The notes below the pieces were generated by a model that was given only the letters and a program-made list of their open reading frames with translations, was not told the origin of the DNA and made no database searches. A DNA stretch of 62,713 nt, counting the filler. It is 4 parts of 4 records of this genome, joined end to end, with 100 filler letters (N's around TTAATTAATTAA, not from the genome) between each part and the next. Parts side by side here need not be neighbours in the genome. Positions count along the whole stretch, not along the records: positions 1 to 28,801 come from SRR20825010_4761; 3 more parts are not named here. One strand, given 5' to 3'. The position numbers and the translations under genes were made by a program. Positions 18,543-28,901 of this stretch are shown here, piece by piece (the first letter of the stretch is position 1; each line of letters starts with the position of its first letter).

Positions 18543-19918
18543 GGCTGTTCACTGACGGTTGCATCTCGGTCCGTATGTCCGGCTGTTGTCGTTACCGTTT
18601 CCATCTCGGAGACCGGTAGCGACAACACCTGTTCTTCCCCTTCACTCCGTGCCAGCACCACGGTGACCACGCTATCGCCCCAGACGTTGACCGCCGTGCG
18701 GCACATATCCAGTACGCGGTCGGTGACAAGAATCAGCCCGATGGCTTCCGCCGGCAGGCCGATGGCGCCAAGAATCACCGTAATCGCCACCAGTGACGCA
18801 GCGGGAATGCTGGCCACGCCGATGGAGGTGAGCAGAGCGGTGATCACGATCATGAACTGGGTGGTCAGCGACAGGTCCATGCCGTAGGCCTGAGCGATGA
18901 ACATGGCCGCTACACACTCATACAGGGCGGTTCCATCCATGTTGACGGTGGCGCCCAACGGCAGCACGAAGCTGCTGGTGCGTGTCGATACCCCGGAGCG
19001 TTTCTGCACACATTCCATGGTCAGAGGCAGCGTTGCGGCCGAACTGGCAGAGGAGAATGCGGTGAGTAGCGCGGGCATCATGGCCTGGATATGGCGAAGT
19101 GGTGAGCGCTTGGTTGCCAGGGCAATCAGGATCGGCATGAAAACAAAAGCATGTAGGCCCAGTGCTACCAGTACGGTGAGGAAGAACCAGGCGAGTGGCT
19201 CGATGGCATCCATGCCGGTGCGGGTTACGGTCGCGGCGATCAGGGCAAAGACGCCCAGCGGGGTGAAGCGGATGACCAGCATGGTGATTTTCATCACTAC
19301 CTGGTAAATGCCGTCGATAATATTGCGCAGGCTTTGGCCGGAGGGCGAGCGCTCGGTACGCAGGAAAAAGCCGAACAGTAGCGAAAAGACGATCAATCCC
19401 AGCATTTGGCCGTTGGCTGCCGCCGCTATCAGGTTGGGCGGCAGCATCTGGCGGAGGATGTCGGTGAAATCACCGGCCCCGCGGCCTTCAATTTTAGCCA
19501 GCGCATCCTCGGTTTCCGTGGCCAGGCCGAGTAACTCCCGGGCGGGCTGATCATTGATAATGCCGGGGCTGAACAGATTGACCACAGTGAGGCCGATCAG
19601 CACGGCTACCAGGGTGGTGGTCATGTACAGGGCAACGGTTTTCAGGCCCATCCGGCCCAGATTCTGCCCATCACCGACGCCCACCATGCCGTTGATAATG
19701 GCCGTCACAATCAGCGGGATGACGACCATTTTCAGGGCATTGATAAACAGGGTTCCCACCAGATCGTAGCCACCGAGCACAGGCAACCCGAACAGCGTGC
19801 TGGATTCGGCGGTGAAACTGCCTGCCAATGCGCCGGCGAGCATGGCAATGAATATCTGGTGGTGTAATTTCACTGTCTCCCCCTGGTGACCATCATGGTT
19901 ACCCGTGCCTTTACTCAT
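18539..19918 (-). CDS. Dicarboxylate/amino acid:cation symporter (DAACS/GltP family)
   Basis: FINALKMVVIPL, AFSSASSAATLP, GATVNMDGT and DMCRTAVNVWGD motifs; alternative GTG start at 19873. Confidence 0.95.
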   Translation of the reverse strand: MSKGTGNHDGHQGETVKLHHQIFIAMLAGALAGSFTAESSTLFGLPVLGGYDLVGTLFINALKMVVIPLIVTAIINGMVGVGDGQNLGRMGLKTVALYMTTTLVAVLIGLTVVNLFSPGIINDQPARELLGLATETEDALAKIEGRGAGDFTDILRQMLPPNLIAAAANGQMLGLIVFSLLFGFFLRTERSPSGQSLRNIIDGIYQVVMKITMLVIRFTPLGVFALIAATVTRTGMDAIEPLAWFFLTVLVALGLHAFVFMPILIALATKRSPLRHIQAMMPALLTAFSSASSAATLPLTMECVQKRSGVSTRTSSFVLPLGATVNMDGTALYECVAAMFIAQAYGMDLSLTTQFMIVITALLTSIGVASIPAASLVAITVILGAIGLPAEAIGLILVTDRVLDMCRTAVNVWGDSVVTVVLARSEGEEQVLSLPVSEMETVTTTAGHTDRDATVSEQP

Positions 19919-19967
19919 TCCATTCCTGAGGGTACCTGATCCTGTCTCTGTGCACAGCGGGGCAGTG

Positions 19968-20600
19968 CTACATCAGGGATTGCAGGGCCTCCTTGTCATC
20001 CAGCAGGGCCAGAGTTGCCTGGTAAGCAGCCTTGAGTTGCTGATCCGCTTCGACAGGCCCCAGCTGTTCGCATAACAGGACATAGGTGCGGTTCAGTTGG
20101 TCACGCAAGCTGGCCAGGGGCAGGGGGCTTAGTGATTTGTCCGGTGATTGCAGCCAGTATTCCATGGTCAGTCGGGTTTCGGCACTAACACTGGCCTGGC
20201 GCAGTTGTGCCCCCAGATCAAGCTGTAACTGGGTGGCTGCCCGTTTGCCAAGTCTCTGCCACAGGGCCTGCAGCAGGCACTGAAACGCATGGGTGCACGG
20301 GTGCGCTTCGGTGTGGTTGTCATTGCTGTTGGCCAATGGATCGGCGGCAAGTTCGCTGTCGGACAGCGTCATCGCTTGTACCAAACTCATGTGAATATGG
20401 TGGCGCCGTTCGCCCATGTCGAACAGCCGGCATAGATCGCTGACAAAGCCTTGCAGGGAAAAGCTCGGTCGTTCCGCGTAATGCAGCTGCCAGTGGCTGA
20501 TCGCCTCCAGCAGTACCGGCTCATTCATGTAGGGCGCCAGGCCGGTGACGATAGCGCGTCGCCGACGTTGGAGGTTTTGGCTAATAGCTGCCGGGCTCAT
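19968..20600 (-). CDS. Hypothetical alpha-helical protein translationally coupled to amt
   Basis: 210-aa ORF whose ATG overlaps the amt stop. Confidence 0.75.
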   Translation of the reverse strand: MSPAAISQNLQRRRRAIVTGLAPYMNEPVLLEAISHWQLHYAERPSFSLQGFVSDLCRLFDMGERRHHIHMSLVQAMTLSDSELAADPLANSNDNHTEAHPCTHAFQCLLQALWQRLGKRAATQLQLDLGAQLRQASVSAETRLTMEYWLQSPDKSLSPLPLASLRDQLNRTYVLLCEQLGPVEADQQLKAAYQATLALLDDKEALQSLM

Positions 20601-21922
20601 GGACGCAGCTCCTGCCCGCGGGCTTTGTCTGCGTTGTAGGTATCACTGTTGTAGAGCGTGTTCTGAGGGAATTCCGGGTAGCCGGTTTCCGCGTGCTCGC
20701 TGAGGTCCAGACCCCGTTGTTCGTGCAGCGCCGGCGCCCGCAGTCCTGCCAGAATGGATACCAGCATGTACATGATCAGTGCGGTGAAGAATGCCCAGCC
20801 GAATGCCACTATTATGCCCAGCAGTTGCACCATCACGCGCTGGCCGTTGAACAGGTCGCCGTCGTAGAACAGACCGGCAGCCAGGGTGCCCCAGGCACCA
20901 GCGAAGGCATGCACAGGAACGGCACCGACCACGTCATCAAGGCGGAAGGCGAGCAGAATGCGGGCGCCGAAGGCCGCCAGCGCGCCGGCCACCAGGCCGG
21001 TGATGACGGCAAAACCGGGTGCCATGACGGCGCAGCCGGCGGTCACCGCCACCAGCCCCGCCAGGCTGCCATTCACGGTTTCTGTCAGCAGTACCGGGCG
21101 ACGACTTACCATCCGATAGATGACGCTGCCTACGGCACCGGCCGCGGCGGCCAGCTGGGTATTCAGATTCACCTTGGCGATATCCACGCTGGCAGAGAGG
21201 GTGGAGCCCCCGTTGAAGCCAAACCAGCCGAACCAGAGTATGAAGCCGCCCAATGCCACATAGGAAAGGTTATGGCCGGGAATAGTGCGCGGGTTGCCCT
21301 GGCTATCGAAACGACCCAAGCGCGGGCCTACCACCATAATACCGGCCAGTGCGCACCAGCCACCGATGCTGTGGACCACCGTGGAGCCGGCGAAATCGAT
21401 AAAGCCCATCCGGGCCAGCCAGCCATTGCTGTTCCAGGCCCAGTTGCCGAATAGCGGGTAGATAAGGCCGGTAATCACCACTGCGCCGCACAAATACCCC
21501 ACGTAGCGGGTGCGTTCCGCCATGGCGCCGGAGGCAATGGTGGCGGCAGTAGCCGCGAACATGATCTGGAACAGGAGTATGACCCAGGTGCTGTCATCGG
21601 CCTGGTTGAGCATGAATTGATCCTGCCCGAACCAGCCATTGGTGCTTGTGCCGAACATCAGCCCGAAGCCCACGGCCCAGAACACCAGGGTGCCAACACA
21701 CAGGTCCATGTAGTTCTTCATGACCACGTTCAGCGAGTTCTTTGCCCGGCTAAGGCCGCTCTCAAGCAGTGCAAAGCCCGCCTGCATGAAAAACACCAGC
21801 GCCGCGGCGATGGCAATCCAGACGGTATCGGTGGCAGTCAGGGTATCGGCGTGAGCGAACCCGGGAAGAATCAGCAGAGAAAGCCAGTGATAGCGTCGCA
21901 ACAGCATAGCGGTGAATCCCAT
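20597..21922 (-). CDS. amtB: Ammonium transporter (Amt family)
   Basis: FMQAGFALLE, DFAGSTVVH, WFGWFGFNGGS and DDVVGAVPVH (twin His); possible signal peptide ending AHA. Confidence 0.95.
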   Translation of the reverse strand: MGFTAMLLRRYHWLSLLILPGFAHADTLTATDTVWIAIAAALVFFMQAGFALLESGLSRAKNSLNVVMKNYMDLCVGTLVFWAVGFGLMFGTSTNGWFGQDQFMLNQADDSTWVILLFQIMFAATAATIASGAMAERTRYVGYLCGAVVITGLIYPLFGNWAWNSNGWLARMGFIDFAGSTVVHSIGGWCALAGIMVVGPRLGRFDSQGNPRTIPGHNLSYVALGGFILWFGWFGFNGGSTLSASVDIAKVNLNTQLAAAAGAVGSVIYRMVSRRPVLLTETVNGSLAGLVAVTAGCAVMAPGFAVITGLVAGALAAFGARILLAFRLDDVVGAVPVHAFAGAWGTLAAGLFYDGDLFNGQRVMVQLLGIIVAFGWAFFTALIMYMLVSILAGLRAPALHEQRGLDLSEHAETGYPEFPQNTLYNSDTYNADKARGQELRP

Positions 21923-21946
21923 TCGTTATTGATTATGAGAGGGGAT

Positions 21947-21962
21947 TGCAACCGCTGTGCCA
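21947..21962 (-). promoter_or_regulatory. Sigma-54 (-24/-12) promoter of amt
   Basis: Minus strand reads TGGCAC-AGCGG-TTGCA, a perfect match to TGGCAC-N5-TTGCW. Confidence 0.88.
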
Positions 21963-22014
21963 GTGCGTAAGGCCGACGGAATCAGGGGTTTTGTAGTTCT
22001 TTTGTCTTAACGAG

Positions 22015-22031
22015 TGCCCTGTTGTGGTGCT
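22015..22031. promoter_or_regulatory. Putative NtrC-type enhancer site
   Basis: TGCCCTG-TTG-TGGTGCT resembles TGCACCA-N3-TGGTGCA; a further TGGTGC half-site follows; lies upstream of the sigma-54 promoter. Confidence 0.5.
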
Positions 22032-22058
22032 GAGGTTTTTTGTGGTGCGCAATGTGCC

Positions 22059-22538
22059 CTATGCGGTGGCATCCACGGGCTGGCCCATCTGCCGGATGAG
22101 CTGGAGCTGCCGCTCGGACACTTTCTGTACAGACAGGCGAGGCCGCACCACAAGCTCCATGTCGGCAAATTCGGGATGGTGTTTGATCTGTTTTAGCGTC
22201 AAGGGCTGCGGGTAGTGGCAGACGAACTGTATATCGGCCTGATACCAGCGGGGCATTTCGCGAGTGCTGCGTGGATCATAGCCATCCGCATCGGGGTCGA
22301 ACTGGGTCGGGTCGGGGTAGGGGGCGCTGGTGACGCGGGCTTCGCCAACAATGGCGGGAACCGCACAGCTGGAATGATAAATCAGTACGGTATCGCCGGC
22401 TTTCATCTCGTCACGCAGGCGGTTGCGAGCCTGGTAATTGCGCACGCCATCCCAGCCGCTGGTGGCATTCTTGCTGTTGCGTAGATCATCGATGCTAAAG
22501 GCATCCGGTTCTGTCTTTAATAACCAGATAGTGCTCAC
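22059..22538 (-). CDS. EVE-domain protein
   Basis: WLLKTEP, WDGVRNYQARN, YHSSC and RLSVQ motifs; GTG start overlaps the upstream stop. Confidence 0.93.
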   Translation of the reverse strand: MSTIWLLKTEPDAFSIDDLRNSKNATSGWDGVRNYQARNRLRDEMKAGDTVLIYHSSCAVPAIVGEARVTSAPYPDPTQFDPDADGYDPRSTREMPRWYQADIQFVCHYPQPLTLKQIKHHPEFADMELVVRPRLSVQKVSERQLQLIRQMGQPVDATA

Positions 22539-22909
22539 TCCTGTGGGTGATGTTTGAGAAGGCACTCCTTGGCCTGGCTGATGCTGCCACAAATGTAAAC
22601 GGGAAAGGCCGGTTTGTTAAGCTTCAGCATCATATTGGCAAAGGTTCGGTTGAGTACGCTTTCCAGCACCATGGCCTTGGCTTCGGTAATTTGCGCAAAA
22701 TCCTCGCCACAGGAGTAGCGGGCGGCGGTGTAATCCAGTCCTTTGATATGGCCGACGTAAATGGTGAGCTGTTTACGTTGCTGGTGCTGATTGAACAAAC
22801 GTAGCCGTTGGCGGTAAATGGACAATTGAACGCGCATGTCCACCTGGGTGCCTTTCTTTAGCTCGACCAGGGCGAAGGGGCCGTCCTGCGTTACCGTAAC
22901 CGCACTCAT
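22535..22909 (-). CDS. Hypothetical protein (124 aa), possibly STAS/SpoIIAA-like fold
   Basis: AAGGA RBS; alpha/beta pattern; coupled to the EVE gene; fold is a guess. Confidence 0.6.
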   Translation of the reverse strand: MSAVTVTQDGPFALVELKKGTQVDMRVQLSIYRQRLRLFNQHQQRKQLTIYVGHIKGLDYTAARYSCGEDFAQITEAKAMVLESVLNRTFANMMLKLNKPAFPVYICGSISQAKECLLKHHPQE

Positions 22910-23069
22910 TACTGTCCTTTTACTGCAAGCGTGACAGGCTTTTATAACCGATTCTGTGCTAATCTTCAGCGCTTCTTTTTACGGGTGTGCGTCAACGGTG
23001 CAGGATCAAGGGTGATCGGCGCAGTTGTCAGCAGCGTGTTGTCGGCGGAGTGCCGGTGGAGGTGGATGC

Positions 23070-23999
23070 GTGATCAGTTCGCAACAACAGAATGAGGCCA
23101 TGGCCACCCTGCAAACAGTCCGTGACTGTCTGCGTTTTGGGGAAAGCATGTTGCGCAGTGGCGGGGTGTTCTATGGTCACGGTAATGACGACCCGTGGGA
23201 CGAAGCCCTGGCCCTGTTGATGCACCAGCTGGCGTTGCCGCTGCAGAGTGATCCGCGGATTCTCGATGCCCGTTTACTGCCTTCTGAAATCAGTGGCTAT
23301 GTGAGTCAGTTGGTCAAGCGGGTGAATGACCGCGTGCCGGTTCCTTATCTGACCCATGAAGCCTGGTTCTGCGGCCTGCCTTTCTATGTAGATGAGCGGG
23401 TGCTGATACCGCGCTCGCCGTTGGCTGAGCTGATTGAGCAATCTTTTACGCCCTGGGTCGATCCTGACCGAGTGCATCGGGTGCTGGATCTGTGTACCGG
23501 CAGTGGTTGTATCGCGATCGCCTGTGCCTACGCGTTTGAGCATGCGCGGGTGGATGGCAGTGATATCAGTGCTGAGGCATTGGCGGTATGCGAGGAAAAC
23601 ATCCAGCGCCACGGGCTTGCGGAGCAGGTACGGGCGCTACAATCCGATGGGCTGGCCGCGGTGGATGGCCCCTATGACCTGATCGTCTCCAATCCGCCCT
23701 ATGTGGATGCCCGGGATATGGCAAGTTTGCCGGACGAGTACCGTCATGAGCCAGAGCTGGCGTTGGCATCTGGTGATGACGGTCTCGATTTCACGCGCAA
23801 ACTGTTACTGGATGCACCGGATCAGCTGACTGAAGAGGGTGTGCTGATCGTGGAAGTGGGCAACAGTTGGGAAGCCATGTTGCAGACCTGGCCCCAGGTG
23901 CCGTTCTTCTGGTTTGAATTCGAGCGAGGCGGGCACGGGGTGTTCATGCTTACCCGTGCGCAGCTGCTAGAATACCGGGACGATCTTCTGGCTGATTGA
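23070..23999 (+). CDS. prmB: Ribosomal protein L3 N5-glutamine methyltransferase
   Basis: YGHG, VLIPRSP, DLCTGSGC and NPPY motifs; prmB-aroC order; GTG start after GGAGG. Confidence 0.95.
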   Translation: MISSQQQNEAMATLQTVRDCLRFGESMLRSGGVFYGHGNDDPWDEALALLMHQLALPLQSDPRILDARLLPSEISGYVSQLVKRVNDRVPVPYLTHEAWFCGLPFYVDERVLIPRSPLAELIEQSFTPWVDPDRVHRVLDLCTGSGCIAIACAYAFEHARVDGSDISAEALAVCEENIQRHGLAEQVRALQSDGLAAVDGPYDLIVSNPPYVDARDMASLPDEYRHEPELALASGDDGLDFTRKLLLDAPDQLTEEGVLIVEVGNSWEAMLQTWPQVPFFWFEFERGGHGVFMLTRAQLLEYRDDLLAD

Positions 24000-24093
24000 G
24001 TCAGCGATGCGGCAAGAACCTTTGTCAGCCTGAAGCGCTTTGACGGTTTTTTTGGTAATAGATTGATTTTATTAATTTTTCAAGAGGGGCAGC

Positions 24094-25185
24094 ATGTCCG
24101 GTAACAGTTTCGGTGAGCGTTTTCGCATTACCACTTTCGGTGAAAGTCATGGTCCCGCCCTGGGCGCTATCGTGGACGGCTGCCCCCCGGGCCTGGAAAT
24201 CAGTGAAGCGGACCTGCAGGTTGAACTGGACCGCCGTAAGCCGGGCACCAGCCGCTACACCACCCAACGGCGTGAACCGGACCAGGTGAAGATTCTCTCC
24301 GGGGTGTTCGAAGGTAAGACCACCGGCACGTCCATTGGCTTGCTAATCGAGAATACCGACCAGAAATCCAAGGATTACTCCAACATCGCTGGCACTTTCC
24401 GTCCTGGCCATGCGGATTACACCTACACCCAGAAGTACGGTTTCCGCGATTACCGCGGCGGCGGACGTTCCTCTGCCCGGGAAACGGCCATGCGCGTGGC
24501 CGGCGGCGCCATTGCCCGCAAATTCCTGGAGCAGCGCCTGGGCATCCGTATCTATGGTGGCTGTACCCAGATTGGTGATGTGAAGGCCGAGTCCTGTGAC
24601 TGGTCGGTGGTGAACAAGAACCCGTTCTTCTTCCCGGATGAAAGCAAGGTGCCGGCCCTGGAAGACCTGATCAATGCACTGCGCAAAGACGGCTCTTCCA
24701 TCGGCGCCCGCGTGGAAGTGTTTGCCGATGGCGTGCCGCCCGGCTGGGGCGAGCCGGTTTTTGATCGCATTGACGCGGATCTGGCCAAGGCAATGATGTC
24801 CATCAATGCGGTGAAGGGGGTGGAAGTCGGTGACGGCTTTGCGGTGGTGAATCAACGCGGCGAACAGCATCGTGATGAAATGACCCCGGACGGTTTTTTG
24901 AGTAACCACGCTGGCGGCGTGCTGGGTGGCATCAGTTCCGGGCAGACGGTGCGTGTGGCCATGGCGCTCAAGCCCACTTCCAGTATTCTGATTCCCGGCA
25001 AGAGCATCGGGCTGGACGGTGAGCCCGCCGAGGTAGTGACCAAGGGGCGCCACGATCCTTGTGTCGGGGTTCGCGCCACGCCCATTGCTGAAGCCATGCT
25101 GGCTATCGTGCTGATGGATCATTATCTGCGCCACCGTGGTCAGAATGGGGACGTGGTGCCGCCGTTTGCACCGATTCCGGGGTAA
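24094..25185 (+). CDS. aroC: Chorismate synthase
   Basis: GESHG, RPGHAD, RSSARET and GRHDPC motifs. Confidence 0.98.
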   Translation: MSGNSFGERFRITTFGESHGPALGAIVDGCPPGLEISEADLQVELDRRKPGTSRYTTQRREPDQVKILSGVFEGKTTGTSIGLLIENTDQKSKDYSNIAGTFRPGHADYTYTQKYGFRDYRGGGRSSARETAMRVAGGAIARKFLEQRLGIRIYGGCTQIGDVKAESCDWSVVNKNPFFFPDESKVPALEDLINALRKDGSSIGARVEVFADGVPPGWGEPVFDRIDADLAKAMMSINAVKGVEVGDGFAVVNQRGEQHRDEMTPDGFLSNHAGGVLGGISSGQTVRVAMALKPTSSILIPGKSIGLDGEPAEVVTKGRHDPCVGVRATPIAEAMLAIVLMDHYLRHRGQNGDVVPPFAPIPG

Positions 25186-25190
25186 GTAAC

Positions 25191-25284
25191 GCCTGACGCC
25201 AGATGCTGGATGCCTGACAAAGATAAAGCTTCGTGCCTGGTGACTTAGCTGCGCACTTACACTGATTGGAGTCAGGCGTCAGGC
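25191..25284. repeat. Heptamer-repeat inverted element
   Basis: GCCTGAC-GCCAGAT-GCTGGAT-GCCTGAC (25191-25218) opposed by GTCAGGC-GTCAGGC (25271-25284). Confidence 0.65.
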
Positions 25285-25312
25285 TTTCAGCCAAGAGCAA
25301 GGTTCCTCTTTC

Positions 25313-26458
25313 ATGCCCTATTACTGGCGCCTTTCCGGCTTCTACTTTTTTTACTTCGGCCTGCTCGGCACCCTGGTGCCGTATTGGTCTCTGTACCTGA
25401 AAGACCTGGGCTTCAGTGCGGCCGCCATCGGCGGTTTGATGGCCATTCCCCAGCTCACCAAAATCGGCGCTCCGAATCTGTGGGGCTGGCTTGCTGATCG
25501 TAGCGGTCAGCGCCTGCGTATCATTCGTGCCGGTAACCTGCTGGCGGCCATCGTATTTCTGCCCGTGTTCTGGGTGGACACATTCTGGTCCATGGCCGCG
25601 TTACTGGTGTCTTTCAGCTTCTTCTGGAATGCGGTGTTGGCGCAGTTCGAAGTGCTCACACTGCAATCTCTGGGGCGCCAGTCACACCGCTACAGCCATG
25701 TGCGGCTGTGGGGCTCGGTGGGCTTTATCGTGGCGGTGCTGGTGCTCGGCGAAGTCCTCGACCGGGTGGGCACGGGAGTGCTGCCCTGGGTGCTCAGCGG
25801 CCTGTTGTGGCTACTCTGGCTGGGAACGCTGACCCTGCCCGCGGGCAATGCCCCGCGAGCGCAAGCCGGGGAGCAGGGGGAATCGGTGTGGCAGATTCTG
25901 TGTCACCCGGCGGTCAGTCTGTTTCTGGTGGCGGCTTTCCTGATGCAGCTGTCCCACGGGCCGTATTACACCTTTTACAGCATCTATCTGGAGGCTCTGG
26001 GCTTCAGCAAATTTATTGTCGGTTTGTTGTGGTCCCTGGGCGTCGTGGCGGAAGTAGGGTTGTTCCTGGTCATGCATCGCCTGCTGGCACGCTTTCATAT
26101 TCCCTGGCTTCTGGTCGCCAGTTTGCTGTTGGCATCGCTGCGCTGGCTGATGATTGGTGTCGCTGGCGATTCCCTGTGGCTGCTGGCACTGGCCCAGCTG
26201 CTGCATGCGGCCAGCTTTGGCAGTTTCCATGCGGCTAGTATTGCCTGGGTGCACCGTCAGTTTGGGGAAGCGCTGGCGGGTCAGGGGCAGGCGTTGTACT
26301 CCAGCCTGGGCTTTGGGGCCGGTTGGGCTGCCGGAGCTGGCTTGTCGGGGTTGCTGTGGGAGCAATGGGGCGTGCTGCTGTTTTTTGTGGCGTCGGCGGT
26401 GGCAGCGGTGGCGGCTTCGCTTTTGATTGCCGGCGGTGCTACCCGGTCGCCACGGTAG
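25313..26458 (+). CDS. MFS transporter (HcaT/MFS_1-like)
   Basis: About 12 hydrophobic segments; WGWLADRSG and RLWGSVGF motifs. Confidence 0.9.
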   Translation: MPYYWRLSGFYFFYFGLLGTLVPYWSLYLKDLGFSAAAIGGLMAIPQLTKIGAPNLWGWLADRSGQRLRIIRAGNLLAAIVFLPVFWVDTFWSMAALLVSFSFFWNAVLAQFEVLTLQSLGRQSHRYSHVRLWGSVGFIVAVLVLGEVLDRVGTGVLPWVLSGLLWLLWLGTLTLPAGNAPRAQAGEQGESVWQILCHPAVSLFLVAAFLMQLSHGPYYTFYSIYLEALGFSKFIVGLLWSLGVVAEVGLFLVMHRLLARFHIPWLLVASLLLASLRWLMIGVAGDSLWLLALAQLLHAASFGSFHAASIAWVHRQFGEALAGQGQALYSSLGFGAGWAAGAGLSGLLWEQWGVLLFFVASAVAAVAASLLIAGGATRSPR

Positions 26459-26487
26459 GCGGCTGGGGTCAGCCGCCTGCCTTTTGT

Positions 26488-27363
26488 TCAGACAATCTGG
26501 CTGCGCAGGGCGCGCAGGAAGGCTTTTGCCGCGTTGGACTGGCTGCGGGCCGGATGCGTGACGACGCCGAGTTGGCGCTGTGGAAGCGGAGCGTCCACGG
26601 GTAGCTGCACCATGCCTCGATCTACCATGGTGGCGGGCAATACGCTCCAGCCCAGACCGATGGACACCATCATGTGAATGGTCTCCAGGTAGTTGGTGGA
26701 CATGGCGATATCCAGCTTCAGGTTGTGCTCATCAAACAGCCGCTCCACGATACCGCGGGTAAAGGTGACTGGTGAAGGCAGGATGGCACTGTGATCGGTG
26801 AAGGCTTCCAGGGTCAGGTTTTCCTGCTTGGCTAGTGGGTGCTCCGGGGCGCACATGAACACCAGTGGATCGTTCCAGATCACCTCGCTGTGCAGGCGCT
26901 CATCCGGTTGTGGTGGCAGGGTGACCACCCCCATTTCCAGCTCCCCGTGCAATACGCCTTCCCAGGCTTCTTCGGAATCAATGAAATGGATATCCAGTTT
27001 CACCAGCGGGTAATCCCGGGAAAACTGGCGTAGAACCGGCGGCAATCTGTGCAGTCCAATATGGTGGCTGGTGCCGATTCGCAATTTACCGCCCACTTCC
27101 CCGGACAGATCGTGGATGGCGCGGGCCATGTCTTCCACGTCCATCAGTACCTGGCGTGCCCGTGGCAGCAGTGAGCGGCCGGCTTCGGTCAACTGGATCT
27201 GGCGACCTACGCGGTCAAACAGGCGGGCCTCAAGCTGTTGTTCCAGCAGGGCAATCCGCTTGCTGATGGCGGGCTGAGTGATGTAGAGGCGCTCAGCCGC
27301 GGCAGAAAATGAGCCGGTTTCGGCAACGGCCATAAAGGCGGTTAGCGTTGGGGTATCGATCAT
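26488..27363 (-). CDS. LysR-family transcriptional regulator divergent from leuC
   Basis: SFSAAAERLYITQPAISKRI HTH and LTEAG; alternative ATG at 27378. Confidence 0.95.
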   Translation of the reverse strand: MIDTPTLTAFMAVAETGSFSAAAERLYITQPAISKRIALLEQQLEARLFDRVGRQIQLTEAGRSLLPRARQVLMDVEDMARAIHDLSGEVGGKLRIGTSHHIGLHRLPPVLRQFSRDYPLVKLDIHFIDSEEAWEGVLHGELEMGVVTLPPQPDERLHSEVIWNDPLVFMCAPEHPLAKQENLTLEAFTDHSAILPSPVTFTRGIVERLFDEHNLKLDIAMSTNYLETIHMMVSIGLGWSVLPATMVDRGMVQLPVDAPLPQRQLGVVTHPARSQSNAAKAFLRALRSQIV

Positions 27364-27550
27364 TCCCGGGGCATCCACAGTGTCGGTACGGGGGATAATA
27401 ATTGGTTATCTTAAAAATGAAAAATATGAATTGGATTTATTGATGGCGTAGTTCTACATTAATTACCAGTGAGAAACCAGCCCCAGTGAGAAACCCGCCT
27501 GTAGTTGTGACAATACGCTGCGGCACTACGCTACGGTTCAGGAGAAAGGC

Positions 27551-28801
27551 ATGGCAGGCAAGACCCTCTATGACAAATTGTGGGAAGCCCACCTCGTTAC
27601 CCAGCGCGAAGATGGCTCTGCGCTGATCTATATTGATCGCCAGATCATCCATGAGGTGACCTCGCCGCAGGCGTTTGAGGGCCTGCGTCTGGCGGGCCGT
27701 CAGCCGTGGCGGACCAGTGCCAGTGTGGCCACCATTGATCACAACGTGCCGACCACGCCGTTCAAGAGTGCCGCCGATATTGCTGACGATACCTCGCGGA
27801 TTCAGGTGCAGACACTGCAAGACAACACCCGTGAATTCGGTATTACTGAATTCGGAATTGGTGATGTGCGCCAGGGGATCGTGCACGTGATGGCGCCGGA
27901 ACAGGGGGCCGTCGTGCCCGGCATGACCGTCGTCTGTGGTGACTCCCACACCTCTACCAACGGTGCCTTGGCCTGCCTGGCTCACGGTATTGGTACCAGT
28001 GAGGTAGAGCATGTATTGGCGACCCAGACCTTGGTGGCCAAGAAAATGAACAACATGCGCGTCTCGGTTGAGGGTGAGCTTGGCGCGGGCGTGACAGCGA
28101 AAGACGTGGTGCTGCACATCATTGGCGTCATTGGTACCGCTGGCGGCACCGGGTATGCGCTTGAGTTTGCGGGCAGTGCCATGCGCAGCTTGAGCATGGA
28201 AGGGCGCATGACGGTCTGCAACATGGCCATCGAAGCCGGCGCCCGTGCGGGCATGGTGGCGGTGGATGATGTGACCATCGATTATGTGAAAGGCCGCCCG
28301 TTTGCACCCCAGGGTGCAGATTGGGACAAGGCGGAAGCGTACTGGCGTACGCTGGTCTCTGATGCCGATGCCCGCTTCGATGAGGAGGTCAACATTGATG
28401 CGGCGGACATCAAGCCCCAAGTGTCCTGGGGCACCAGCCCGGAAATGGTGGTGCCGGTGGATGCCAACTTGCCGGACCCGGCGGCGGAGAGCGATGAAGT
28501 CAAACGCTCCGGCATGACCCGTGCTTATGAGTACATGGGCCTGACGCCAGGCATGCCGGTGACGGATATCAAGGTGGACCGGGTCTTTATCGGGTCTTGC
28601 ACGAATTCGCGCATCGAAGATTTGCGCGCCGCGGCGGAAGTGGCCAAGGGCCGTCAGAAGGCCGGTAGCGTCAAGCAGGTATTGGTGGTGCCGGGCTCCG
28701 GCTTGGTCAAGCAGCAGGCGGAGAAAGAAGGCCTGGACAAGGTCTTTGTTGAGGCCGGTTTTGAATGGCGTGAACCGGGCTGTTCCATGTGTCTGGCCAT
28801 G
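27551..28801 (+). CDS. leuC: 3-isopropylmalate dehydratase large subunit (3' truncated at contig end)
   Basis: [22 protein letters not shown] and GCSMCLAM motifs. Confidence 0.98.
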
Positions 28802-28901
28802 NNNNNNNNNNNNNNNNNNNNNNNNNNNNNNNNNNNNNNNNNNNNTTAATTAATTAANNNNNNNNNNNNNNNNNNNNNNNNNNNNNNNNNNNNNNNNNNN
28901 N
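28802..28901. other. Artificial contig linker
   Basis: N-run with central TTAATTAATTAA (stops in all six frames). Confidence 0.99.

Noticed and set aside
28846-28857. TTAATTAATTAA palindrome occurring three times
   Set aside because: It is embedded in N-runs at identical offsets and is an assembly linker, not biological sequence.
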